Shown here one piece after another: positions 26,927 through 36,334 of a DNA stretch of 64,000 nt (positions are counted from its first letter, which is position 1; each line of letters opens with the position of its first letter). The DNA lies in the NCBI GenBank assembly GCA_052034405.1, contig JBPOIO010000023.1, positions 15,340-79,339 of the forward strand. The letters are read 5' to 3'. The position numbers and the translations under genes were made by a program. The notes below the pieces were generated by a model. That model did not search any database, had not been told where the DNA came from, and worked only from the letters and a program-made list of their open reading frames with translations. The stretch comes from Candidatus Magasanikiibacteriota bacterium. Lineage in GTDB: Bacteria > Patescibacteriota > Patescibacteriia > Magasanikbacterales > UBA922.

Positions 26927-28987
26927 TTATTTGGATGAATTATTTTTGTCACCTTGTTTGAAACCAAGAAACAAAAAGTGAGCACGATTTTCAAACCAAG
27001 GAGCAATAAATCGAAGCATAACACGAGTCACTGTAATCGCAGTAAACAAACTCACCAAGATACCAAGAGACAATGTTACCGCAAAACCTTTGACAAAACT
27101 TGAACCAAACCACATAAGAAGGACACAGGTAATAAGTGTTGACATGTTTCCATCGCGAATAGAAGACCAAGCACGAATAAATCCTTCTTCAATACCTGTT
27201 TTCAATGATTTACCAAGACGAAGTTCTTCTTTCAAGCGTTCGAAGATCAAAATATTTGCATCAATCGCAATACCAATAGACAGGATAAAACCAGTAATAC
27301 CTGAAAGTGATAGTGTTACTCCAATAAATTTGAATACCGCAAGTGTGAGTACAATGTACAGACCAAGTGAGAATACAGAAAGAAGTCCTGGTAAACGGTA
27401 ATAAAGAACCATGAAGATAAAGATGAGCAGTACTGCGATTTCAGCCGCTCTCAAACTCTTATACAGAGAATCAGCACCAAGACTCGCACCAATACTTTGC
27501 TGAGAAAGAAGTGTTACTGGTACAGGAAGAGCTCCAGCATTGAGACGTTGTGAAAGAAGTTTTGCTTCTGTTACATTGAATCCTCCAGTAATAACAGCTT
27601 GACCACCAGTAATTGCTTGATTCACATTTGGTGAACTAATTACTTCTCCATCAAGGAAAATACCCACAGGTTTTCCAACATTTTTTCGAGTGATTTCTTC
27701 AAAGAGTTTGGCACCTTCTTCATTAAATTGAAGAGATACTTGAATTTCTGAAGTTTGAGGATTTGTTGTAACTTCTGCTTTTTTCAATTGTTTTCCAGAT
27801 AATGCTGTTGTTTTCCAAGCATCAGTTGGTGGAAGTACTTCTTCTTTTGTTTTTTTGTCCAAGAAAATTTTCCAAATTTCGTAATCTTTGGTTACATTTT
27901 CTGCTGTTTTATAAATAATATGATAACCAAATTGTGTTTCTACTGGTCCAACAATTTCTCCAGCCTTGGCAGCAAATAATACATTTTCAAATTCTGAAAT
28001 CATGACTCCTTTTGGGAATGTTCCAAGTTCACCACCTTTTACAGCAGTTGAACGATCTGTTGAGTATTGTTTTGCAAGATCAGAAAAGTTTTTTGCATTT
28101 GCTTGTGCATACACATCTTGTGCAATTTTGAGCGCATCTGCTTTTGTAGATGTTGCAGTACAACCAGGAGCTCCACTAAAACAAATCAAAATATGTTTTG
28201 ATGTTACTTCTACTTCACCAGATTGTTCTTTTCCACGTTTCAAAATATAGTATCCATCTGCTTCGTCAAGAACTTTATCTGTAAGTTGACCTTCTTTGGC
28301 TTTTTCTGCCCAAGGATATGCAATTTGATTATTTTGTGCATATTTTTTTACAAACCCCATATATCCTCCATTGTTTTTTGTTGCTTCATCTTCTGAATAT
28401 TGTTTGGCAACATTTTCAAATGGAGTTTTTTTCTTGAGATCAATAAGTGCAGTATCTGCTTTTGTTTTTTGAGCCGCATTAAAATCTGCAATCATTTTTT
28501 TCTCATCTGCAGTCAAATCACGTGGGACTTCTTTATTTTCTTCTTTAAATTCCAAAATTGGAGTTTCACCAATCAATTTTGTTGCTTCGCTAACATCGGT
28601 TACTCCAGGAAGTTCTACATTAATATGATATTCATTTCCTACTTTACTTGTTTCAATGTTTGGTTCCCCTACTCCAAAACCATTGATACGACGTTCAATA
28701 ACATCGCGGGCACCTTCAACCGCTCCACTACGTTCTGTTTGTGCAAGATTTTCTACATTTGCGTTATAAACAAGATGTACACCACTTTGAAGATCAAGCC
28801 CAAGACGAAATTTTTTCTCTGGAACATGTGGAATACTCATGTGAATTTTTGAGTTGACCTTGTCAACACCACGATTTACTTGTTCTGGAACAACAAAAGA
28901 GAGACTGGCAAGAAAGAGAACGATAACTCCAGCAATTCCCCAACGGATTTGTGAACGAAGGTTAACTTGTGTTTTTTGTGCTTTCAT
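26927..28987 (-). CDS. secD: SecD with two parvulin (PpiC-type PPIase) domains inserted in the P1 domain
   Basis: LGLDLQSG, LNAGALP, GIAIDANILIFER; inserts F...AKQYSED...NGG.MG and HILI...AKQYSTD...GGELG.F...VETQFGYHII. Confidence 0.92.
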   Translation of the reverse strand: MKAQKTQVNLRSQIRWGIAGVIVLFLASLSFVVPEQVNRGVDKVNSKIHMSIPHVPEKKFRLGLDLQSGVHLVYNANVENLAQTERSGAVEGARDVIERRINGFGVGEPNIETSKVGNEYHINVELPGVTDVSEATKLIGETPILEFKEENKEVPRDLTADEKKMIADFNAAQKTKADTALIDLKKKTPFENVAKQYSEDEATKNNGGYMGFVKKYAQNNQIAYPWAEKAKEGQLTDKVLDEADGYYILKRGKEQSGEVEVTSKHILICFSGAPGCTATSTKADALKIAQDVYAQANAKNFSDLAKQYSTDRSTAVKGGELGTFPKGVMISEFENVLFAAKAGEIVGPVETQFGYHIIYKTAENVTKDYEIWKIFLDKKTKEEVLPPTDAWKTTALSGKQLKKAEVTTNPQTSEIQVSLQFNEEGAKLFEEITRKNVGKPVGIFLDGEVISSPNVNQAITGGQAVITGGFNVTEAKLLSQRLNAGALPVPVTLLSQQSIGASLGADSLYKSLRAAEIAVLLIFIFMVLYYRLPGLLSVFSLGLYIVLTLAVFKFIGVTLSLSGITGFILSIGIAIDANILIFERLKEELRLGKSLKTGIEEGFIRAWSSIRDGNMSTLITCVLLMWFGSSFVKGFAVTLSLGILVSLFTAITVTRVMLRFIAPWFENRAHFLFLGFKQGDKNNSSK

Positions 28988-29067
28988 AAATAAAAAAAAT
29001 ACAACAGATGTGTGCTATCTTACGTTATTTCAAAAAAAAGGTCAATACGTCTATACACAGGCTTCAA

Positions 29068-31908
29068 CTAGCCCCCACGCTCCATGCGTTGGCGCTTTCT
29101 TCGGTCTTTTTTACTCTCATGCTTTTTTCCATCATTTTGAACTGTGCGTACTGCTTTTTGGGATACCTCACTACTTCCCTCTTGGACCAAGTTGTCGTTG
29201 GCCATAATTGTTGGCACGAGTTCAATTCCATGCTGTACCTTATAAAATGCATAGACCACCTCTTTTTGGATATTGAGAAGAAGTGCTTGAAACATTTGAT
29301 AGGCCTCGCGTTTGTATTCAATAAGTGGATCACGCTGTCCATATCCACGAAGACCAATACCGGTGCGCAAATAATCGATATTGATAAGATGTTCTACCCA
29401 AAGCGTATCAATACTACGAAGAAGCAATGACTTTTCAATCGAATGCATTATTTTGTTTGCTTCTTCGGGATTCACTTGTAATTTTTGAATTGAGTTTTCA
29501 ATTTTTGTATATTCTTCTTTTGCTCGACCAAAAAGATACTGGATTATTTCTTCTTTTGCTTCGATTTCTTCGAGTTTTCCAGATTGCTGATGCGCTCCCA
29601 TTTCAAAAACTTTTGCCTTATCAGCTTCTGTAAATGAATATATTGTTGCCATTACCTGACAAATTTCTTGAAGATTCCAATCTCCATGTTCACGACTTTC
29701 TTCATTCTCAACTTCTACTTCCAATTTTTGAGTATGAAATTGTACAACTTGTTCGATTTCATTTTCTACAGAATTCAAAATCATGTCTTTAAGTGAGACA
29801 AATTTTACTTCTTCAACTTTTTCCAATTCTTCATCAACTTCTTCTTCGTCACTCACAAGAGGACTTGGTTTTTCTGTTATACCAATTTCCATGTCGTAGA
29901 GTTCCAAAATATTTTTTCGTTTTTTATATATAACAGAGCGATGACGATTGAGCACATCATCATATTCAAGCAAATGTTTACGAATATCAAAGTTATGACC
30001 TTCTACTTTTTTTTGTGCATTCTCAAGAATTCTTGAAATCATGTTTTGTTCAATCGGCATGTCGTCTGGCACCTTCATGCGTGTCATCACATTTTTGAGA
30101 CGATCCCCAGCAAAAATACGCATCAAGTCATCGTCTGTTGAAACAAAAAATTGTGTTTCTCCAGGATCTCCCTGACGACCAGAACGTCCACGAAGCTGAT
30201 TGTCGATACGACGCGCTTCATGACGCTCGGTTCCAAGGACAAAAAGTCCACCAGCAGATTTTACAATTTCAATATCCTCTGCACTCGCTGGCGTTCCACC
30301 AAGTTTGATATCCACACCACGTCCAGCCATATTGGTAGCGAGGGTCACTGCTCCAGGTCGTCCGGCTTGGGCAATAATTTCTCCTTCACGTTCATGATTT
30401 TTTGCATTCAAAATTTCGTGAGTGATACCAAGACTATTCAAATAGTTACTCAAACGTTCATTTTTTTCTACAGAAATAGTACCCACCAAAATTGGCTGTT
30501 GTTTTTCTCTACATTCTTGAATTTTTTTTGCAACGGCTTTGAATTTTACGACTTCATCTTTATAGATTCGATCTGGCAAATCCACGCGTGCAGCAACTTT
30601 ATTGGTTGGGATAACCAACACATCGAGGTTATAAATACGACGAAATTCTTCTTCTTCTGTTTGCGCAGTACCTGTCATACCAGACAACTTTTTGTACATG
30701 CGGAACAAATTTTGAAATGTAATCGTCGCAAGTGTTTGACTCTCACGTTGAATTTTTACATTTTCTTTTGCTTCAATTGCTTGGTGAAGTCCTTCACTAT
30801 AACGGCGACCTTCCATTTTTCGTCCAGTAAACTCATCAATAATCATGACTTCATCTCCATCAACCACATAATCTTTGTCACGTTTGAAAAGCACTTCGGC
30901 TTTGAGCGCTTGTTCAATATGATGAATTGTTCGAATACCAGCTTCTACATAAATATTTTCAATACCGAGCCATTTTTCAAATTTTTCAATACCTTGCTCA
31001 GTCAAATTCACACTGCGCATTTTTTCATCTTTGTTATAATCGGTATTTTCCGAAAGTCCACGAACGAGTTTTGCAAATTGATAATATTGATCATTGGCAT
31101 CTTCATTTGGTGCAGAAATAATAAGCGGTGTACGAGCTTCGTCTACCAAAATAGAATCAATTTCATCGACAATCGCATAATGCATTTCATTGCCTGGTCG
31201 CATAACCATTTCTGAAATATCCTGGACCATGTTATCACGCAAATAATCAAAACCATATTCGTTATTGGTTCCGTAGGTAATATCACAAAGATATGCTTCT
31301 TGACGACTCGAAGCTCGCAAATATTCATTTTCTACTTTGAATACTTGTACTTCATTTTCTTCACTCGAAATAGTTTCTGCGCTTGGAGCGATAACACTTG
31401 GGTCAAAAACATAACTCACACGCATGTTTTGGATAATACCCGTAGACATGCCAAGAAAATGATAAATTTTCCCCATCCATACAGCATCACGACGTGCGAG
31501 ATAATCATTGACTGTTACTACGTGTACACCTTTGCCTTCAAGTGCATTGAGATAGGCCGGAAGTGTTGCTACCAATGTTTTTCCTTCACCAGTTCGCATT
31601 TCAGAAATCATACCATTATGAAGTGCCATACCACCAATCAGCTGCACATCAAAATGACGCATACCCGAAACGCGTTTTGCTGCTTCACGCACAGTGGCAA
31701 AAGCCTCGGGAAGAATATCATTCAAAACTTCTCCCTCTGAGAGACGTTTTTTGAATTCAGCTGTTTTGGCTTTGAGTGCATCATCTGAAAGCGCAGAAAA
31801 ATCAGCTTCTAGAGCATTGATTTGTTCAACAACTTTTTGATATTGCTTAATAATCTTGGAATTTTGACTCCCAAACACTCCTTCGTAGACAGATTTTAAA
31901 AGACTCAT
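29068..31908 (-). CDS. secA: Preprotein translocase ATPase SecA
   Basis: EMRTGEGKT, VDEIDSIL.DEARTPLIIS, ATNMAGRG.DI, QLRGRSGRQGDPG. Confidence 0.98.
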   Translation of the reverse strand: MSLLKSVYEGVFGSQNSKIIKQYQKVVEQINALEADFSALSDDALKAKTAEFKKRLSEGEVLNDILPEAFATVREAAKRVSGMRHFDVQLIGGMALHNGMISEMRTGEGKTLVATLPAYLNALEGKGVHVVTVNDYLARRDAVWMGKIYHFLGMSTGIIQNMRVSYVFDPSVIAPSAETISSEENEVQVFKVENEYLRASSRQEAYLCDITYGTNNEYGFDYLRDNMVQDISEMVMRPGNEMHYAIVDEIDSILVDEARTPLIISAPNEDANDQYYQFAKLVRGLSENTDYNKDEKMRSVNLTEQGIEKFEKWLGIENIYVEAGIRTIHHIEQALKAEVLFKRDKDYVVDGDEVMIIDEFTGRKMEGRRYSEGLHQAIEAKENVKIQRESQTLATITFQNLFRMYKKLSGMTGTAQTEEEEFRRIYNLDVLVIPTNKVAARVDLPDRIYKDEVVKFKAVAKKIQECREKQQPILVGTISVEKNERLSNYLNSLGITHEILNAKNHEREGEIIAQAGRPGAVTLATNMAGRGVDIKLGGTPASAEDIEIVKSAGGLFVLGTERHEARRIDNQLRGRSGRQGDPGETQFFVSTDDDLMRIFAGDRLKNVMTRMKVPDDMPIEQNMISRILENAQKKVEGHNFDIRKHLLEYDDVLNRHRSVIYKKRKNILELYDMEIGITEKPSPLVSDEEEVDEELEKVEEVKFVSLKDMILNSVENEIEQVVQFHTQKLEVEVENEESREHGDWNLQEICQVMATIYSFTEADKAKVFEMGAHQQSGKLEEIEAKEEIIQYLFGRAKEEYTKIENSIQKLQVNPEEANKIMHSIEKSLLLRSIDTLWVEHLINIDYLRTGIGLRGYGQRDPLIEYKREAYQMFQALLLNIQKEVVYAFYKVQHGIELVPTIMANDNLVQEGSSEVSQKAVRTVQNDGKKHESKKDRRKRQRMERGG

Positions 31909-31966
31909 AAAAAACAGGGTTTAAATAGTTGCCGTATTATAGCATGGTAGAGCTCTTTTGTCCATA

Positions 31967-31998
31967 TAAAAAAAGTGGCTAAAATAAGCCACTTTTTG
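31967..31998 (-). terminator. Intrinsic terminator after hpf
   Basis: AAAAAGTGGCT-aaaata-AGCCACTTTTT. Confidence 0.7.
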
Positions 31999-32013
31999 TG
32001 AATTTCCCAAGGT

Positions 32014-32400
32014 TTAGCCCCCTTCGTATTCTTCACTATAGTCGTCGTTATCTTCGTCTACATCATACTCTTTTTGACCCCGAATTTCATCTTTATCAAT
32101 ACGACGCATTCTTTCTTTGACATCTTCAAGTTCTACTTTGAGATGATCTTTTACTTTATCAATTGCTTTATAAAGGTCTTGTTCTTCTTTGACCACACGA
32201 AGAGTGCGACCAGGAATATCAAGAGTCACTTCTGCATAAAAAATTTCACCTTTGTTGTGATGATGACTTTGCATCCCCACATCTATTTCTGCTTTTGTTA
32301 TATTATCAAAAAATTTTTCAAGACTTGTGATTTTTTCTTCAGCATATTCTCGAATTGCTGGAGTGAGTTCTATTCCTGTTCCGTGGATTGTGATAATCAT
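32014..32400 (-). CDS. hpf: Ribosome hibernation factor HPF/RaiA
   Basis: ELTPAIREY.E.K...L.KFF, DLY.AID. Confidence 0.9.
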   Translation of the reverse strand: MIITIHGTGIELTPAIREYAEEKITSLEKFFDNITKAEIDVGMQSHHHNKGEIFYAEVTLDIPGRTLRVVKEEQDLYKAIDKVKDHLKVELEDVKERMRRIDKDEIRGQKEYDVDEDNDDYSEEYEGG

Positions 32401-32417
32401 ACATTGTACGGTTAAAA

Positions 32418-33353
32418 CTAAATCAATTGAATTTCTTCTTCTATAGATATTCCAAATTTATTGTACACTTTTTCTTTTATTTCATCAATGAGAGTCAAAA
32501 CATCACTCGAACTTGCACTCCCAAGATTTATAATAAAATTTCCATGCGTATCGCTTACTTTTGCATTTCCTACCTGAGCCCCTTTCATACCCGCTTTATC
32601 AATAAGCCATCCTGCAGAAATAATTCCTTTTTGTTTGAATTCTTCAGGTACTTCAAAATTGAGTTTTGCTTGTCCAATTTCAAAATTTTTAAAAATACAA
32701 CCGGTAGATGCAAATCCCTGTGGTTGAGTCTTGCTGCGATATTGCAAAAACTCCAATGCTTTTTTCATGCCGTCTTTGTTTTCGGATTTTTCAAGTTTTA
32801 AATGCACTCGTAGTACCACAGCACCACTGTCTTTGAACATACTATGACGATAGTGAAAATCACACTGCGCATTGCTCAGCATTACCAGCTCACCATCCAT
32901 ATAGGCTTCGATCTTTTCTACATTATTACTCATGTCACTTCCCATAGCTCCTGCGTTTCCTCGAACCGCGCCACCAATAGTACCAGGCACTCCCACGCCC
33001 CATTCAAATCCAATAAAACCTTCTTTCATGGAGAGATTGGCAATGGCAACGGTACTGCATCCAGCATCTGCAATGATCCCAGTATCTGTCACTTCTGTTT
33101 TTTTTGTGTTGATATTGATCACAACACCTGTATATTCACTATCAGAAGCAAGCATATTACTACCACCACCGAGGATAAATCGTTCAATCCCCTCTTCGTC
33201 AAGAAATTTGAGGAGATCTACCAGCTTGTCAGTTTCGTCAACAACAACAAAAAGTTGGACTGGTCCACCAATTTTGAAGGTTGTATGCTTACTCATGGGC
33301 TCATTGAGCTTCACTTTTCCGTAGTTTTTGAGCTTTTTATAAAGTTCCATCAT
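32418..33353 (-). CDS. murB: UDP-N-acetylenolpyruvoylglucosamine reductase
   Basis: HTTFKIGG, GGGSN, GVPGTIGGA..NAGA, GCIFKN, HGNFIIN. Confidence 0.95.
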   Translation of the reverse strand: MMELYKKLKNYGKVKLNEPMSKHTTFKIGGPVQLFVVVDETDKLVDLLKFLDEEGIERFILGGGSNMLASDSEYTGVVININTKKTEVTDTGIIADAGCSTVAIANLSMKEGFIGFEWGVGVPGTIGGAVRGNAGAMGSDMSNNVEKIEAYMDGELVMLSNAQCDFHYRHSMFKDSGAVVLRVHLKLEKSENKDGMKKALEFLQYRSKTQPQGFASTGCIFKNFEIGQAKLNFEVPEEFKQKGIISAGWLIDKAGMKGAQVGNAKVSDTHGNFIINLGSASSSDVLTLIDEIKEKVYNKFGISIEEEIQLI

Positions 33354-33354
33354 A

Positions 33355-33473
33355 TTGCCATAATCAAATTTTTGTCCTATACTAAGGTCTACGCATTTAA
33401 CCTTTTCGCTTTCCTCGCCCTGGGCTCGGGGATGCCCTCTGCGGAGGTCGTAACCCGCTCAAAGGTCAAATGC
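33355..33473 (+). promoter_or_regulatory. Promoter TTGCCA-17-TATACT followed by a GC-rich branched hairpin in the ATP-grasp gene leader (33393-33473)
   Basis: GCATTTAACCTTT/AAAGGTCAAATGC 13-bp outer arms enclosing two small GC hairpins. Confidence 0.55.
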
Positions 33474-33483
33474 TTACGCCCTT

Positions 33484-34689
33484 ATGCATATGCCAAAAAT
33501 ACTTTTTTACATTACTCGAGATATCGAAAGAGCACTTGGCCTTTCTGTAGATAATGAAGGCTATTTTATTATCTCAAATTCTACCCCCTTTAGCAAGCAA
33601 ATCGCTCTTTTACATCCAAATGTTTTACTTGTTGAAGAAAGCCAACTTCTTGATACCCATGAACTTTTGCAAAAGCAGAGTGTTCAAGATTTTATTACGC
33701 AAAATTCAAATAACATGAAGCCAAATATTTTGGTTTTCAAAAATACTTCTATTATTGAAAAAATTTGTACAGAAAACAATTGGAATCTCCTCAATCCAAG
33801 TGCAAAACTCTCTCAAATGATCGAAGAAAAAATTACACAAGTTGAATGGCTCGGGAGTCTCACAAAATATCTTCCTCCACACAAAATTCAAATTGCCCAT
33901 GATGTTGTGTATGACGGCATGCCATTTATTTTGCAGTTCAATCGTGCACACACGGGACTAGGAACGATGATGATTTCTTCGACTGAACAACTTGCCGAAA
34001 TACAAAATAAATTTCCGGATCGTCCTGTTCGCATCACGCAGTTTATTGATGGTGCCATGCTGACGAGTAACAATGTTGTCTGTCCTGATAAAGTTTTGGT
34101 TGGCAATATCAGCTACCAGATTACCGGTACGCCACCATTTACAGATAATCCATTTACAACTATTGGCAATGATTGGGCCCTTCCACATGTTTTGTTGAAT
34201 GATGAGTTGAAAGCGCAATACCATACGATTGCCACAGAGATTGGAAACAAACTTCGTGAAAGCGGATGGAAAGGACTCTTTGGAATTGACGTTATACTCG
34301 ATACAGCAGAAAATAAATTGTATTTGATCGAAATCAATGCAAGGCAACCAGCAAGTACCACTTACGAAAGTATTTTGCAAGAAAAAAATACAACTTTTGC
34401 TGCACACCTCTCAGCGCTCACAGATACTCCAAGTAACGAATTAACTCAAATCACAACAGGTGCGCAGATTATTGTTCGCAATGGTGAACTCATGCAAGAC
34501 AAAACCCAAGATACGATTATCCAAAACTTAAAAAACCTCAATTTTGATCTGAACATCATCCCCTACACCAATACAGACCCAGGTTCAGATTGGATTCGCA
34601 TTCAGACAACCCAGTCTTTATTTACAGAACATAATAAACTCAACGAACTTGGAGAAAAAATAAAAAAAACTCTTGAAGAGTCTCTATAA
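33484..34689 (+). CDS. ATP-grasp fold amide/peptide ligase, substrate unknown
   Basis: ILQFNRAHTGLGT, FIDG, GWKGLFGIDVI, LYLIEINAR. Confidence 0.85.
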   Translation: MHMPKILFYITRDIERALGLSVDNEGYFIISNSTPFSKQIALLHPNVLLVEESQLLDTHELLQKQSVQDFITQNSNNMKPNILVFKNTSIIEKICTENNWNLLNPSAKLSQMIEEKITQVEWLGSLTKYLPPHKIQIAHDVVYDGMPFILQFNRAHTGLGTMMISSTEQLAEIQNKFPDRPVRITQFIDGAMLTSNNVVCPDKVLVGNISYQITGTPPFTDNPFTTIGNDWALPHVLLNDELKAQYHTIATEIGNKLRESGWKGLFGIDVILDTAENKLYLIEINARQPASTTYESILQEKNTTFAAHLSALTDTPSNELTQITTGAQIIVRNGELMQDKTQDTIIQNLKNLNFDLNIIPYTNTDPGSDWIRIQTTQSLFTEHNKLNELGEKIKKTLEESL

Positions 34690-34695
34690 AATGAA

Positions 34696-34832
34696 GGGTA
34701 ACGGACGGGCTGTGGTAAGTTGAGATGCTCGACCAAATCAACTATTCCATCTTCAGTTGGTATGCGTGTTGGAGTGACAACAAGCTTACCTACTGATAAA
34801 GGAAACCATTCGGCTACCCAGCCCGTCCGCCC
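34696..34832 (+). ncRNA. ssrS: Probable short 6S RNA (rod-shaped hairpin with central bubble)
   Basis: Closing stem CGGACGGGCTG/CAGCCCGTCCG, asymmetric bubble, terminal stem CAGTTGGTATGCGTGTTG..CAACAAGCTTACCTACTG resembling the 6S terminal stem; G-U pairs favour the + strand. Confidence 0.6.
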
Positions 34833-34865
34833 ATATATAATCACAACACAGCATAATTGTCAACT

Positions 34866-35660
34866 ATGAACAACAAAACTCTCTCACAACCCGCACTCGA
34901 TATTATCAAAAATTATTCTCAGCTTGTCTTTGGCGACAAAAAAATAAACTGCCCCTACTTCAACAACCGCCGCAGCAAAGTTCGCGCAGGGTTGCGGGTA
35001 ATGATTGGAAAAGGCAACCCAGAAGAAATTATTGACGAAGCAAATCTTTTTGCACTCCGAGAAAAAATTGATCTCAAAAATTTATCAAGCGAGGCAATAA
35101 AACAATTTCTCGTTGATCACAATCTTGGACTTGATTGTTCTGCCTTTGCCTATTATATTTTGGCAGCAGAATACGCAAGCAAGACAAAAAATAAACTTTC
35201 TTCCAAGATATTTTATCCAAATATTGGACTTTTGCGAAAACTTCTCACCAAACTTCGCCCTGTAGAAAATATTGGGGTCAAAACTTTGGCACAGGAAAAA
35301 AACTCACATCTTGTTTCGCTCTCTGACACTGCTCCGGGAGACTTTGTAAGTATTTTAAATTCAGGAAAAGAACACAACCTCAATCATATCCTCGTCATTT
35401 ACAAAGTTGAATACGAAGAAAACCAGCCAAAAACATTGTACTATGTACATTCTTTTCAATGGTCCACAGATGGAAAATATAATCATGGAATAAAAACAGG
35501 GCGCATTGAAATTACTGATACGAAAAAAACACTGCTCGAGCAAAAATGGATTGAATCCGAAAAAACAGCTGAACAAAATGAAACTTACCTCCGAGCAAGT
35601 GATGCCGAAGTACTCGAACTCAAACGACTGAATGTATTATTAACAAAAAATCCTGCTTGA
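34866..35660 (+). CDS. NlpC/P60-like (papain-fold) amidase/peptidase, cytoplasmic
   Basis: GLDCSAF (catalytic Cys), PGDF, NHILV (His), VHS. Confidence 0.7.
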   Translation: MNNKTLSQPALDIIKNYSQLVFGDKKINCPYFNNRRSKVRAGLRVMIGKGNPEEIIDEANLFALREKIDLKNLSSEAIKQFLVDHNLGLDCSAFAYYILAAEYASKTKNKLSSKIFYPNIGLLRKLLTKLRPVENIGVKTLAQEKNSHLVSLSDTAPGDFVSILNSGKEHNLNHILVIYKVEYEENQPKTLYYVHSFQWSTDGKYNHGIKTGRIEITDTKKTLLEQKWIESEKTAEQNETYLRASDAEVLELKRLNVLLTKNPA

Positions 35661-35673
35661 GTGCAGGTTTTTT
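35644..35673. terminator. Bidirectional terminator between convergent genes
   Basis: AAAAAATCCTGC-ttgagt-GCAGGTTTTTT. Confidence 0.7.
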
Positions 35674-35777
35674 TATTTTTCTTCTAAATACCTCCGAGGA
35701 GATTTTCAAAAGGAAGGTCCGCGCGAAGTGCACGGAAGGATGGCGGCCCAATATCCGCCAGAATAGGGTTGTTTCGC

Positions 35778-36095
35778 CTAGAGCTTGCGCAGCTCGGCGA
35801 GGACGACCCACATATTCGAGACGTAGAGGTAGTAGCGCTGGAACAGATCGCTCGTGGCGGTCGGGATTCGTTCAAAATCCCCAGTCGCCAGATCTGCGGG
35901 CTCATTGCTGTAGCCCATTTCACGGAGGCAGCGCATCACCTCGGCAATGACCGACTGAATCCGCTGGTACTTCACGCCCATCGGATCAGCGTTCTTCACC
36001 CAGTTGAGCAGCAGCCCACGGATGGCCGAGAGGTGTTCCGCCTCCGAGTCATCACGATCCGCGCCAAAAACCTCTCGCAGTCGAAGTCCGTACAT
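35778..36095 (-). CDS. GC-rich 105-aa orphan (MYGLRLREVFGADRDD...WVVLAELRKL)
   Basis: AGGAG SD 10 nt upstream of ATG 36095; own promoter; structured leader and trailer. Confidence 0.6.
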   Translation of the reverse strand: MYGLRLREVFGADRDDSEAEHLSAIRGLLLNWVKNADPMGVKYQRIQSVIAEVMRCLREMGYSNEPADLATGDFERIPTATSDLFQRYYLYVSNMWVVLAELRKL

Positions 36096-36272
36096 GACGG
36101 AAAAACTCCTGGCCCCGTCTGGGACAGGGCGAACTTGGTGTGGCTTTTGGCCACCATGGCCGCCAGCCTTTGTCGTTCCAGGACAATGGGGCACCAATTA
36201 AACGAACGAGCACCAAATAAGGAGTTTATTATATTTTTAAAATTTATATGTGGACGAATGGAACGACCCACA

Positions 36273-36323
36273 AATCTACCACAATTCCTCTCCCTTGTCA
36301 ATCCCCACATTCTCTGCTATACT
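36273..36323. promoter_or_regulatory. Back-to-back promoters sharing one TTGTCAA -35 region
   Basis: Plus strand: TTGTCA-17-TATACT (mraY). Minus strand: TTGACA-17-TAGATT (orphan). Both have a TGn extended -10. Confidence 0.7.
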
Positions 36324-36334
36324 TGAAGAAAAAT

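Noticed and set aside
30151-31215. 354-aa plus-strand ORF
   Set aside because: Antisense shadow of secA
34602-34844. 80-aa minus-strand ORF over the structured RNA
   Set aside because: Overlaps the ATP-grasp 3' end; extensive base-pairing explains the region better, though the ORF is not fully excluded
35769-36326. 185-aa plus-strand ORF and other overlapping frames in the GC-rich island
   Set aside because: Promoter, SD and terminator all point to the minus-strand 35778-36095 frame; long alternative frames are expected at high GC
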